Positions 12,459-19,400 of a stretch of DNA of 64,000 bases are shown one piece after another; positions within the stretch are counted from its first letter, which is position 1, and each line of letters begins with the position of its first letter. A model generated the notes under the pieces. It saw only the letters and a program-made list of their open reading frames with translations, was not told the DNA's origin and did not search any database. Position numbers and translations under genes: made by a program. This stretch comes from Longimicrobiales bacterium (GTDB taxonomy: Bacteria > Gemmatimonadota > Gemmatimonadetes > Longimicrobiales > Gaopeijiaceae), in contig CBDBCH010000002.1 in the NCBI GenBank assembly GCA_965203235.1, forward strand, positions 94 to 64,093, given 5' to 3'.

Positions 12459-12628
12459 ACTGCGCCAACGAGACGCTGAACGGCGCCCCGTACTGCCTCC
12501 GGTGCGGGCGGGAGATCGGGCGCAGGCGCCAGCGGGCGGCGGAGGAGCGGCGGCTGCGCTACGTCCCCGCGACCCAGCGGGATTCGGGGGAAAAGGTCGA
12601 GGTCGGCGCCGCCTTCACCCCGAATTGA
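12437..12628 (+). CDS. Small zinc-ribbon protein (63 aa)
   Basis: CLNC...(10 aa)...CLRC motif. GTG start. Mirror at 20177..20368. Confidence 0.5.
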   Translation: MRRKVCLNCANETLNGAPYCLRCGREIGRRRQRAAEERRLRYVPATQRDSGEKVEVGAAFTPN

Positions 12629-12648
12629 AGCGAGGGGGTGGGCTGCCC

Positions 12649-13215
12649 GTGAGGTGGCTCGGAGCGGTCGCGGCGACGCTCCTGATGGCGACCATCGGCT
12701 ACGCCTGGCCGCCGGAAGCGGCGCCATACAGAGACACGTGGGACATGGAGTGGCGCCGGTGCGGACTCCGGCAGGTCTACGAACCCTGGATGCTCGGTCA
12801 GGTCACCCAGGAATCGCGCTGGCGCCCGGATGCCGTATCCCCGGCTGGCGCCATCGGTCTGGCGCAGGTCATGCCCGGAACGATGCGCGCGGTGCGTCGC
12901 GTCTACCGGGCGCGTCTTGCGGGCGCGGCGGGCGGCCCCGACTCTCCTGTGGTGGCGTTCCGCGTCCAGTGCGCCCTGACTCTCGAGAATCTGCGCGCGT
13001 TCCCTGGCGCCCCGGACCGTCGCACCCGGTGGGCTTGGGCGGCAGCGGCCTACAACGGCGGCGCCTCCTACCTGTTCCGGGAGCAAGAGGCAATGGCGGA
13101 CCGGTGGGATTGGCGGAACCGGACGGAGTGCCGCCGGTTCCGGTCGGCGGCGTCCTGCCGGGAAAATGAGGCCTATCCGGCGCACTGTCTCCGTTGGGTT
13201 CGGCTGTTCGAGTAG
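12649..13215 (+). CDS. Lytic transglycosylase (SLT domain), probable endolysin with N-terminal signal-anchor
   Basis: QESRWRPDAVSPAGAIGLAQVMPGT plus AYNGG match the SLT catalytic-Glu signature. GTG at 12649 lies about 10 nt after GAGGGGG and just after the upstream stop (12628). N-terminus: VRWLGAVAATLLMATIGYAW. Confidence 0.85.
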   Translation: MRWLGAVAATLLMATIGYAWPPEAAPYRDTWDMEWRRCGLRQVYEPWMLGQVTQESRWRPDAVSPAGAIGLAQVMPGTMRAVRRVYRARLAGAAGGPDSPVVAFRVQCALTLENLRAFPGAPDRRTRWAWAAAAYNGGASYLFREQEAMADRWDWRNRTECRRFRSAASCRENEAYPAHCLRWVRLFE

Positions 13216-13405
13216 CGGCTCGCCTGTCGGCTTCCTTCCACCCCGCTGGAAGGGACATGATTTGCTTCGTGGTGCGGGCAAGCTCCGGGTTGGCTTCGTT
13301 GAATCGCTTTTTCCAGTTTCGGAGCAGCTTCGTGTTGTCGGCTCGCCATTGCTGGTCGGGGTACAAATCCACCCAGTTCCCGTTCGGGAGTTGAACGCGA
13401 GGCAT
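12869..13405 (-). CDS. Hypothetical protein, 3' end uncertain (mirror of 19400..19936)
   Basis: The N-terminal part (MPRVQLPNGNWVDLYPDQQWRADNTKLLRNWKKRFNEANPEL...) looks coding. The distal ~350 nt overlap the convergent SLT gene and are low-complexity. Confidence 0.35.
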   Translation of the reverse strand: MPRVQLPNGNWVDLYPDQQWRADNTKLLRNWKKRFNEANPELARTTKQIMSLPAGWKEADRRAATRTAEPNGDSAPDRPHFPGRTPPTGTGGTPSGSANPTGPPLPLAPGTGRRRRRCRPLPPKPTGCDGPGRQGTRADSRESGRTGRGTPPQESRGRPPRPQDAPGRRDAPRASFRA

Positions 13406-13972
13406 CACACGTCGATGGGCTTGCGCCCGTTGCGTTTGCGGATTTGATTCACCACCGAGAGGAACGTGTGGATCCAAGCGGACTGGTCGCCTGGCAGCTT
13501 GTTCCGGGAGGCGATTATGTTTTCCGCAATGTCGGGGCGACCGGCGACCCACTTCAAGGATGTTTCCTTCGAGCAGGTCTGGCACTTCAACTTGGCGACA
13601 TTCACCTTCGGGGTCATGTAGCGGTGCGGGGGGCACTTGCGTGCGCCAGCATCGGCAGTTGATTCGCTACTGCCGGCGGATTCTCCAATCCCCACGAAGT
13701 TGATTCCGCCGTTGTTCTGCTTTCCAGGCTCGAACACTCCAACCGCCTCGCCGGTATCAGGATCGACGGTTGGGTCGATCATGGATTCCGGGACGGTCTC
13801 CGGCGGCTGCACGTAATCGTCAATCACAGGGGCTTCGCCCTTCGGCCAGACGCGCAGGACTCGCCGCAAGACCATACGCAGCGCGACGGAGCGGGTCCTC
13901 GCCGATTCGGGCGGCTTCCCGGTCAATGGCCTCGGTGAGGTCGTCGGGGGCGGAAAAGCTGATTGTAGTCAT
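13405..13972 (-). pseudogene. Copy of the RHH-domain gene with a 1-nt insertion near its 5' end
   Basis: An extra g at ~13893 (ggagcgggtcctc vs ggagcggtcctc in 18834..19400) takes the N-terminal ribbon-helix-helix segment out of frame. ORF-track shows only 13405..13926. Confidence 0.65.
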
Positions 13973-14343
13973 TGGGCGCAGAGCAACCTTCGCACACCGA
14001 CGATTCTTCCCTCTTCGTTCCGCACGACGGAATCAGGGCCGGTGTCGGGTGCGAAAACCACCGGCTTCAATGAATCGGGGACATAGGGGAGCAGCATCGT
14101 GGGGACGATGACATACTCTGTTCCGCCATTCGAGTAGGTGTCGAGGGCTTGCTGGATGTGCCGGATGGCTTCCTTTGACGGCTTCCCCGCGCTGAATACG
14201 GGAATGGTGTGCCCTTCGACGCGGATTGTCGAGACCTTTTCCTGTTCGAGTTTCAGACGGAGCGGTCTGTTGAAAGTCGGGGGAATCTCCACGACGAAAT
14301 CGTCGTCATAGATGCTGATGGCGTGTGGGGTCAAGTTATTCAT
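13969..14343 (-). CDS. Hypothetical protein (124 aa)
   Basis: Mirror of 18463..18837 (x+y=32806), identical translation. Confidence 0.5.
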   Translation of the reverse strand: MNNLTPHAISIYDDDFVVEIPPTFNRPLRLKLEQEKVSTIRVEGHTIPVFSAGKPSKEAIRHIQQALDTYSNGGTEYVIVPTMLLPYVPDSLKPVVFAPDTGPDSVVRNEEGRIVGVRRLLCAQ

Positions 14344-14560
14344 GGCTCTCCTCGTCGAGCATTGGCACCCATCCACTATCGAAAGTGTCGGCGACTTCCT
14401 GAACGGCGTCACAGAGGTCAAGCAGTTCCTTCCGGTAGAAGAGGCCGGAATGGTGCTCGATGTGAAGCCGGATGATGTCAATGGGCTGTTGGGGTTCGTC
14501 TCCGCGCAAGATGGAAGCAAGCGCGGAGATGGCTTCGGGCATAGTCATGGATTCGGTCAT
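14336..14560 (-). CDS. Hypothetical protein (74 aa)
   Basis: Mirror of 18246..18470, identical translation. Confidence 0.5.
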   Translation of the reverse strand: MTESMTMPEAISALASILRGDEPQQPIDIIRLHIEHHSGLFYRKELLDLCDAVQEVADTFDSGWVPMLDEESHE

Positions 14561-14561
14561 G

Positions 14562-14837
14562 CTACGCCTCCTTCGGGGGATTCAGGATCATCCTGCGGAC
14601 GGTATCCATAGCCTTCGCTTGGGTCTTACCGCCCATGTAGATGTCGCAACCTTCCTCGAAAGGGGTTCCCTTCAACAGCGTGGAAGCCTCCGCGTGCACC
14701 ACGTGCGGGCAGAACTGGTATCCGTGCGAGTAGGAGTAGAAGTACCCGACCAGCACGGGCGGCTTTGTGTCAGATAGGACGAGGACATCGAACGAATCGA
14801 CCGCGGCCGTCCTGCGGAAGCAGACGGTGCGTCTCAT
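14562..14837 (-). CDS. Hypothetical protein (91 aa)
   Basis: Mirror of 17969..18244, identical translation. Confidence 0.5.
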   Translation of the reverse strand: MRRTVCFRRTAAVDSFDVLVLSDTKPPVLVGYFYSYSHGYQFCPHVVHAEASTLLKGTPFEEGCDIYMGGKTQAKAMDTVRRMILNPPKEA

Positions 14838-15085
14838 GCGTCCGCCTCTCGCTGGCACAGCCAGCATATGTTCGCCGGGGCGATCCAATCCATGCCCCGG
14901 TCGCAGGTGGGGCAGGGTCCGCGCTTCGGGCGCGGCGCAGGCGGCCCGTAGTCCTGGACGACCTCGTACTGGATGGTGGGGGTGTCGTCCCCCGCTTCGC
15001 GGCGCCGGGCGATCTCGGCGAGCCGGTCGCCGGGGCGGTATGTGGGGGCCCGACCATCGTCGAGCCCCCGCCGGAACATGCCCAT
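14834..15085 (-). CDS. Small zinc-ribbon protein (83 aa)
   Basis: Mirror of 17721..17972, identical translation. Confidence 0.55.
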   Translation of the reverse strand: MGMFRRGLDDGRAPTYRPGDRLAEIARRREAGDDTPTIQYEVVQDYGPPAPRPKRGPCPTCDRGMDWIAPANICWLCQREADA

Positions 15086-15498
15086 CAGTATGCATCCTCG
15101 TATTCACACCGCGGGCACTGCCCGCATCGGGTGCCAATCGGGGTCGCGTCGATTGGGGTCTTGCGCACCACGCGGTAGGTGATGGAGGAGTGCCCGGTCT
15201 CGTCCTCATCCTCGTATCGGATGAGCGAGACCGTCTCCGGGTCGCGCCCCCAATCCTCTGCCGCCACCGCAATCGCATCGGCGCGACCGGCAGCAGAGTC
15301 GAGCGCGTCCCAGTCCGCGCTGGAGTCGATAGCGATCTCCAGTGCTTCCGAGACATCGACCTCAGCGGAATAGATGACCGCGCCATCGTGGGAGTAGGCG
15401 CAGGCGGCCCGGAGCTCGTCGCTCCAGCACTCGCCAGCGGCCCCGTGCGGTTCGCCGAACTCGGGAACTTCAGCGCGGTAGATGGTGAGCTTTCTCAT
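15085..15498 (-). CDS. Telomere-proximal hypothetical protein (137 aa)
   Basis: Mirror of 17308..17721, identical translation. Confidence 0.6.
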   Translation of the reverse strand: MRKLTIYRAEVPEFGEPHGAAGECWSDELRAACAYSHDGAVIYSAEVDVSEALEIAIDSSADWDALDSAAGRADAIAVAAEDWGRDPETVSLIRYEDEDETGHSSITYRVVRKTPIDATPIGTRCGQCPRCEYEDAY

Positions 15499-15505
15499 GT
15501 GACTG

Positions 15506-15612
15506 CCCTCCTTTGTGGCAGACGGGAATCCTAGCGTGCCCGAATTCGCCCTGTCAAGTGCCAATTCGCCCAAATCGGCACTTTTTTCGCCCAAATCGCA
15601 TTTTTTTTCGCC
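15506..15612 (-). promoter_or_regulatory. ITR promoter/operator/RBS module (mirror of 17194..17300)
   Basis: Reverse complement of the module described at 17194..17300. tgtcaa at 15552..15557 and atccta at 15528..15533. Confidence 0.55.
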
Positions 15613-15827
15613 TCCTGCGGCCGGAAAACGAAAAAACGCACGAAAGGGGTTCAGACGCCACCGGAACGACCGAGGGGATAGCTGGCTAGCCGTAGCGCGC
15701 CAGGATGCCCACAGCGCGCCACAGAATCGCATTCAGGGGAACATCTGACCGGCAGACGCCCCCGGATTCGGACCGCCGGGGCGGAAAAGACCGGCCGACC
15801 GCTCCGAAAAATCGCCTCCCCATCTCC

Positions 15828-15887
15828 GAGTCGCCTCCCCCCCGACTCCCCCCTGAGGGGGAGGAGGAGTCGGGGTGGAGGCGTCTC
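15828..15887. repeat. G/C-rich 60-bp imperfect palindrome inside the ITR
   Basis: gagtcgcctcc (15828..15838) pairs with ggaggcgtctc (15877..15887) at 10/11. ccgactcc (15842..15849) pairs with ggagtcgg (15866..15873) at 8/8. Both share one axis (sum 31715). Also present in the other three ITR copies (about 16919..16978, 51357..51416, 52351..52410). Confidence 0.7.
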
Positions 15888-15992
15888 TCCAAAACACCCT
15901 CGAAAACGGCGCAAATCGGGGGAGCGAGGGCGGGACGCCAGGGACGCGGGTTCGACCGGGGGGTTCGAGGGCGGAAATCGGGGTTCTGAAAC

Positions 15993-16288
15993 CTGTCATT
16001 CGCGCTTCATTCTCGCTTCATTCTCGCTTCATCAAGGCGATGAAAGCTAACATCCCTGGGGGGGGAGTTCGGGAAATGAACCGGGGGGCTTCCACCGCTG
16101 GCGGGGATGATTCGCGGATGAAGCGCGGATGATAGAGACATCAGCGAGACATCAAGGCTAACATCAAGGGCGGATGAAGCGCGGATGATAGAGACATCCG
16201 GCGTGTCATACGGCGATGAAAAGCTAACATCAAGCTGTCATCAAGCCCACGAGCGCTATGCATAAGGCGTGTCATGTATCATTTTCGC
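15993..16288. repeat. Subtelomeric iteron-like repeat array (ITR copy A)
   Basis: An 11-bp tandem repeat gcttcattctc occurs at 16004, 16015 and (degenerate) 16026. A 29-bp direct repeat gcggatgaagcgcggatgatagagacatc occurs at 16114..16142 and 16170..16198. gctaacatc(aag) occurs 3 times (~16046, 16157, 16223). gatgatag occurs at 16128 and 16184. Confidence 0.85.
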
Positions 16289-16517
16289 AAGCGGGAGTTT
16301 GCACCTATCATCGTTCTCCGGCGCGAAACATGCTGGGGCTAGCGGGGCTTGCGGGCTATCATCGTCCCCAAGAGCTTCTAGCGGTCCCCGGCTTCTAAGG
16401 CTGTGCCTTAGACGCCGGGGATCGCAAGAATCTCTAGGGGAGGATGATAGACCGCTAGCCCCGCTTGCCCCACCATGATTCGCGGCGGGGAAGGATGATA
16501 GGTGCATACTCCCGCTA
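16289..16517. other. Junction-1 core: 229-bp imperfect palindrome, candidate duplex copy of a mismatched hairpin telomere
   Basis: Pairing i with 32806-i gives 96 complementary and 16 non-complementary pairs per 112-nt half, with no indels. The 5-nt apex ctgtg is at 16401..16405. The flanks are exactly complementary from 16288/16518 outward. Confidence 0.85.
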
Positions 16518-17317
16518 GCGAAAATGATACATGACACGCCTTATGCATAGCGCTCGTGGGCTTGATGACAGCTTGATGTTAGCTTTTCATCGCCGTATGA
16601 CACGCCGGATGTCTCTATCATCCGCGCTTCATCCGCCCTTGATGTTAGCCTTGATGTCTCGCTGATGTCTCTATCATCCGCGCTTCATCCGCGAATCATC
16701 CCCGCCAGCGGTGGAAGCCCCCCGGTTCATTTCCCGAACTCCCCCCCCAGGGATGTTAGCTTTCATCGCCTTGATGAAGCGAGAATGAAGCGAGAATGAA
16801 GCGCGAATGACAGGTTTCAGAACCCCGATTTCCGCCCTCGAACCCCCCGGTCGAACCCGCGTCCCTGGCGTCCCGCCCTCGCTCCCCCGATTTGCGCCGT
16901 TTTCGAGGGTGTTTTGGAGAGACGCCTCCACCCCGACTCCTCCTCCCCCTCAGGGGGGAGTCGGGGGGGAGGCGACTCGGAGATGGGGAGGCGATTTTTC
17001 GGAGCGGTCGGCCGGTCTTTTCCGCCCCGGCGGTCCGAATCCGGGGGCGTCTGCCGGTCAGATGTTCCCCTGAATGCGATTCTGTGGCGCGCTGTGGGCA
17101 TCCTGGCGCGCTACGGCTAGCCAGCTATCCCCTCGGTCGTTCCGGTGGCGTCTGAACCCCTTTCGTGCGTTTTTTCGTTTTCCGGCCGCAGGAGGCGAAA
17201 AAAAATGCGATTTGGGCGAAAAAAGTGCCGATTTGGGCGAATTGGCACTTGACAGGGCGAATTCGGGCACGCTAGGATTCCCGTCTGCCACAAAGGAGGG
17301 CAGTCACATGAGAAAGC
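16404..17317. repeat. Inverted terminal repeat, copy B (left end of the complete genome unit)
   Basis: Reverse complement of 15489..16402. Shares its outer 800 bp (16518..17317) with 51950..52749, the same 790-nt distance from core edge to ATG. Confidence 0.9.
17194..17300 (+). promoter_or_regulatory. ITR promoter with phased GGCGAA boxes and RBS for the telomere-proximal gene
   Basis: TTGACA at 17249..17254, 18-nt spacer, TAGGAT at 17273..17278, AAGGAGGG at 17293..17300, ATG at 17308. GGCGAA boxes sit at 17194, 17215, 17236 and 17256 (spacing 21/21/20 nt). The last box lies in the promoter spacer. Boxes 2 and 3 belong to a longer repeat, tgc(c)gatttgggcgaa. Confidence 0.6.
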
Positions 17318-17721
17318 TCACCATCTACCGCGCTGAAGTTCCCGAGTTCGGCGAACCGCACGGGGCCGCTGGCGAGTGCTGGAGCGACGAGCTCCGGGCC
17401 GCCTGCGCCTACTCCCACGATGGCGCGGTCATCTATTCCGCTGAGGTCGATGTCTCGGAAGCACTGGAGATCGCTATCGACTCCAGCGCGGACTGGGACG
17501 CGCTCGACTCTGCTGCCGGTCGCGCCGATGCGATTGCGGTGGCGGCAGAGGATTGGGGGCGCGACCCGGAGACGGTCTCGCTCATCCGATACGAGGATGA
17601 GGACGAGACCGGGCACTCCTCCATCACCTACCGCGTGGTGCGCAAGACCCCAATCGACGCGACCCCGATTGGCACCCGATGCGGGCAGTGCCCGCGGTGT
17701 GAATACGAGGATGCATACTGA
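17308..17721 (+). CDS. Telomere-proximal hypothetical protein (137 aa), acidic, C-terminal CxxCxxC
   Basis: The ATG lies 8 nt after AAGGAGGG. The first 3 codons (MRK) lie inside the ITR. ORF-track 17074..17721 is trimmed to the RBS-supported start. Ends ...CGQCPRCEYEDAY. Confidence 0.6.
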   Translation: MRKLTIYRAEVPEFGEPHGAAGECWSDELRAACAYSHDGAVIYSAEVDVSEALEIAIDSSADWDALDSAAGRADAIAVAAEDWGRDPETVSLIRYEDEDETGHSSITYRVVRKTPIDATPIGTRCGQCPRCEYEDAY

Positions 17722-17972
17722 TGGGCATGTTCCGGCGGGGGCTCGACGATGGTCGGGCCCCCACATACCGCCCCGGCGACCGGCTCGCCGAGATCGCCCG
17801 GCGCCGCGAAGCGGGGGACGACACCCCCACCATCCAGTACGAGGTCGTCCAGGACTACGGGCCGCCTGCGCCGCGCCCGAAGCGCGGACCCTGCCCCACC
17901 TGCGACCGGGGCATGGATTGGATCGCCCCGGCGAACATATGCTGGCTGTGCCAGCGAGAGGCGGACGCATGA
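17721..17972 (+). CDS. Small zinc-ribbon protein (83 aa)
   Basis: CPTC...(13 aa)...CWLC. TGATG coupling at 17719..17723 and ATGA coupling at 17969..17972. Confidence 0.55.
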   Translation: MGMFRRGLDDGRAPTYRPGDRLAEIARRREAGDDTPTIQYEVVQDYGPPAPRPKRGPCPTCDRGMDWIAPANICWLCQREADA

Positions 17973-18244
17973 GACGCACCGTCTGCTTCCGCAGGACGGC
18001 CGCGGTCGATTCGTTCGATGTCCTCGTCCTATCTGACACAAAGCCGCCCGTGCTGGTCGGGTACTTCTACTCCTACTCGCACGGATACCAGTTCTGCCCG
18101 CACGTGGTGCACGCGGAGGCTTCCACGCTGTTGAAGGGAACCCCTTTCGAGGAAGGTTGCGACATCTACATGGGCGGTAAGACCCAAGCGAAGGCTATGG
18201 ATACCGTCCGCAGGATGATCCTGAATCCCCCGAAGGAGGCGTAG
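17969..18244 (+). CDS. Hypothetical protein (91 aa)
   Basis: MRRTVCFRRTAAVDSFDVLVLSDTKPPVLVGYFYSYSHGYQF... The ATG at 17969 overlaps the upstream stop. The longer ORF-track ORF (17420..18244) upstream part is Arg/Pro shadow sequence. Confidence 0.5.
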   Translation: MRRTVCFRRTAAVDSFDVLVLSDTKPPVLVGYFYSYSHGYQFCPHVVHAEASTLLKGTPFEEGCDIYMGGKTQAKAMDTVRRMILNPPKEA

Positions 18245-18245
18245 C

Positions 18246-18470
18246 ATGACCGAATCCATGACTATGCCCGAAGCCATCTCCGCGCTTGCTTCCATCTTGC
18301 GCGGAGACGAACCCCAACAGCCCATTGACATCATCCGGCTTCACATCGAGCACCATTCCGGCCTCTTCTACCGGAAGGAACTGCTTGACCTCTGTGACGC
18401 CGTTCAGGAAGTCGCCGACACTTTCGATAGTGGATGGGTGCCAATGCTCGACGAGGAGAGCCATGAATAA
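18246..18470 (+). CDS. Hypothetical acidic protein (74 aa)
   Basis: ATG lies 2 nt after the upstream TAG. Co-directional tight packing. Confidence 0.5.
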   Translation: MTESMTMPEAISALASILRGDEPQQPIDIIRLHIEHHSGLFYRKELLDLCDAVQEVADTFDSGWVPMLDEESHE

Positions 18471-18837
18471 CTTGACCCCACACGCCATCAGCATCTATGA
18501 CGACGATTTCGTCGTGGAGATTCCCCCGACTTTCAACAGACCGCTCCGTCTGAAACTCGAACAGGAAAAGGTCTCGACAATCCGCGTCGAAGGGCACACC
18601 ATTCCCGTATTCAGCGCGGGGAAGCCGTCAAAGGAAGCCATCCGGCACATCCAGCAAGCCCTCGACACCTACTCGAATGGCGGAACAGAGTATGTCATCG
18701 TCCCCACGATGCTGCTCCCCTATGTCCCCGATTCATTGAAGCCGGTGGTTTTCGCACCCGACACCGGCCCTGATTCCGTCGTGCGGAACGAAGAGGGAAG
18801 AATCGTCGGTGTGCGAAGGTTGCTCTGCGCCCAATGA
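18463..18837 (+). CDS. Hypothetical protein (124 aa)
   Basis: MNNLTPHAISIYDDDFVVEIPPTFNRPLRL... ATG at 18463 (residue 60 of ORF 18286..18837), with an 8-nt overlap with the upstream gene. Confidence 0.5.
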   Translation: MNNLTPHAISIYDDDFVVEIPPTFNRPLRLKLEQEKVSTIRVEGHTIPVFSAGKPSKEAIRHIQQALDTYSNGGTEYVIVPTMLLPYVPDSLKPVVFAPDTGPDSVVRNEEGRIVGVRRLLCAQ

Positions 18838-19400
18838 CTACAATCAGCTTTTCCGCCCCCGACGACCTCACCGAGGCCATTGACCGGGAAGCCGCCCGAA
18901 TCGGCGAGGACCGCTCCGTCGCGCTGCGTATGGTCTTGCGGCGAGTCCTGCGCGTCTGGCCGAAGGGCGAAGCCCCTGTGATTGACGATTACGTGCAGCC
19001 GCCGGAGACCGTCCCGGAATCCATGATCGACCCAACCGTCGATCCTGATACCGGCGAGGCGGTTGGAGTGTTCGAGCCTGGAAAGCAGAACAACGGCGGA
19101 ATCAACTTCGTGGGGATTGGAGAATCCGCCGGCAGTAGCGAATCAACTGCCGATGCTGGCGCACGCAAGTGCCCCCCGCACCGCTACATGACCCCGAAGG
19201 TGAATGTCGCCAAGTTGAAGTGCCAGACCTGCTCGAAGGAAACATCCTTGAAGTGGGTCGCCGGTCGCCCCGACATTGCGGAAAACATAATCGCCTCCCG
19301 GAACAAGCTGCCAGGCGACCAGTCCGCTTGGATCCACACGTTCCTCTCGGTGGTGAATCAAATCCGCAAACGCAACGGGCGCAAGCCCATCGACGTGTGA
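18834..19400 (+). CDS. Ribbon-helix-helix (CopG/Arc-like) DNA-binding protein with C-terminal Cys cluster (188 aa)
   Basis: The N-terminus TISFSAPDDLTEAIDREAARIGEDRSVALRMVLRRVL fits a beta-strand/helix/helix RHH pattern. The C-terminal part has CPPH...CQTC. ATGA coupling upstream. Confidence 0.6.
   Translation: MTTISFSAPDDLTEAIDREAARIGEDRSVALRMVLRRVLRVWPKGEAPVIDDYVQPPETVPESMIDPTVDPDTGEAVGVFEPGKQNNGGINFVGIGESAGSSESTADAGARKCPPHRYMTPKVNVAKLKCQTCSKETSLKWVAGRPDIAENIIASRNKLPGDQSAWIHTFLSVVNQIRKRNGRKPIDV

Larger units (their letters stand above)
15489..16402. repeat. Inverted terminal repeat, copy A (left arm of junction 1)
   Basis: The sequence from the apex to 10 nt into the first ORF (atgagaaagc) is shared with the other genome end. 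For example, shadow ORFs 15515..15748 and 51044..51277 are identical. The two ends diverge after codon 3. Confidence 0.9.

Noticed and set aside
15940-15995. tRNA-like GGTTCGA motifs (gcgggttcgaccgggggg ttcgagggcgg) in the ITR
   Set aside because: No complementary T-stem, acceptor stem or anticodon arm can be drawn around either GGTTCGA. No cloverleaf is possible.
16403-16403. Simple template-switch (MDA or long-read fold-back) chimera as a full explanation of junction 1
   Set aside because: Such artefacts give exact complements and arbitrary breakpoints. Here the breakpoint coincides with the end of an ITR shared by both genome ends, and the core has 16 arm-specific mismatches. An artefact is not fully excluded for the overall concatemer or for the shortened junction 2, so it remains the alternative in the findings.
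16289-16517. Interpreting the palindromes as terminal inverted repeats of an IS or transposon, or as an invertible segment
   Set aside because: The inverted arms extend for at least 12-16 kb and contain whole phage genes, not a transposase flanked by short IRs. No transposase, invertase or target-site duplication is visible.
15993-16813. Possible CRISPR array, because of many short repeated motifs around junction 1 (and likewise around junction 2)
   Set aside because: The repeats are 8-29 bp, of several different kinds, irregularly spaced and partly inverted. There is no repeat-spacer periodicity and no cas genes. They fit telomere- or origin-type iterons better.
15515-17291. ORFs inside the ITRs and across the apex, e.g. 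15875..16132, 15705..15989, 16256..16537, 16269..16478 and the upstream part of 17074..17721
   Set aside because: They overlap each other on both strands, consist of repeat-derived or low-complexity sequence, lack RBSs, and one pair is simply the palindrome read through. The RBS-supported start of the first real gene is 17308.
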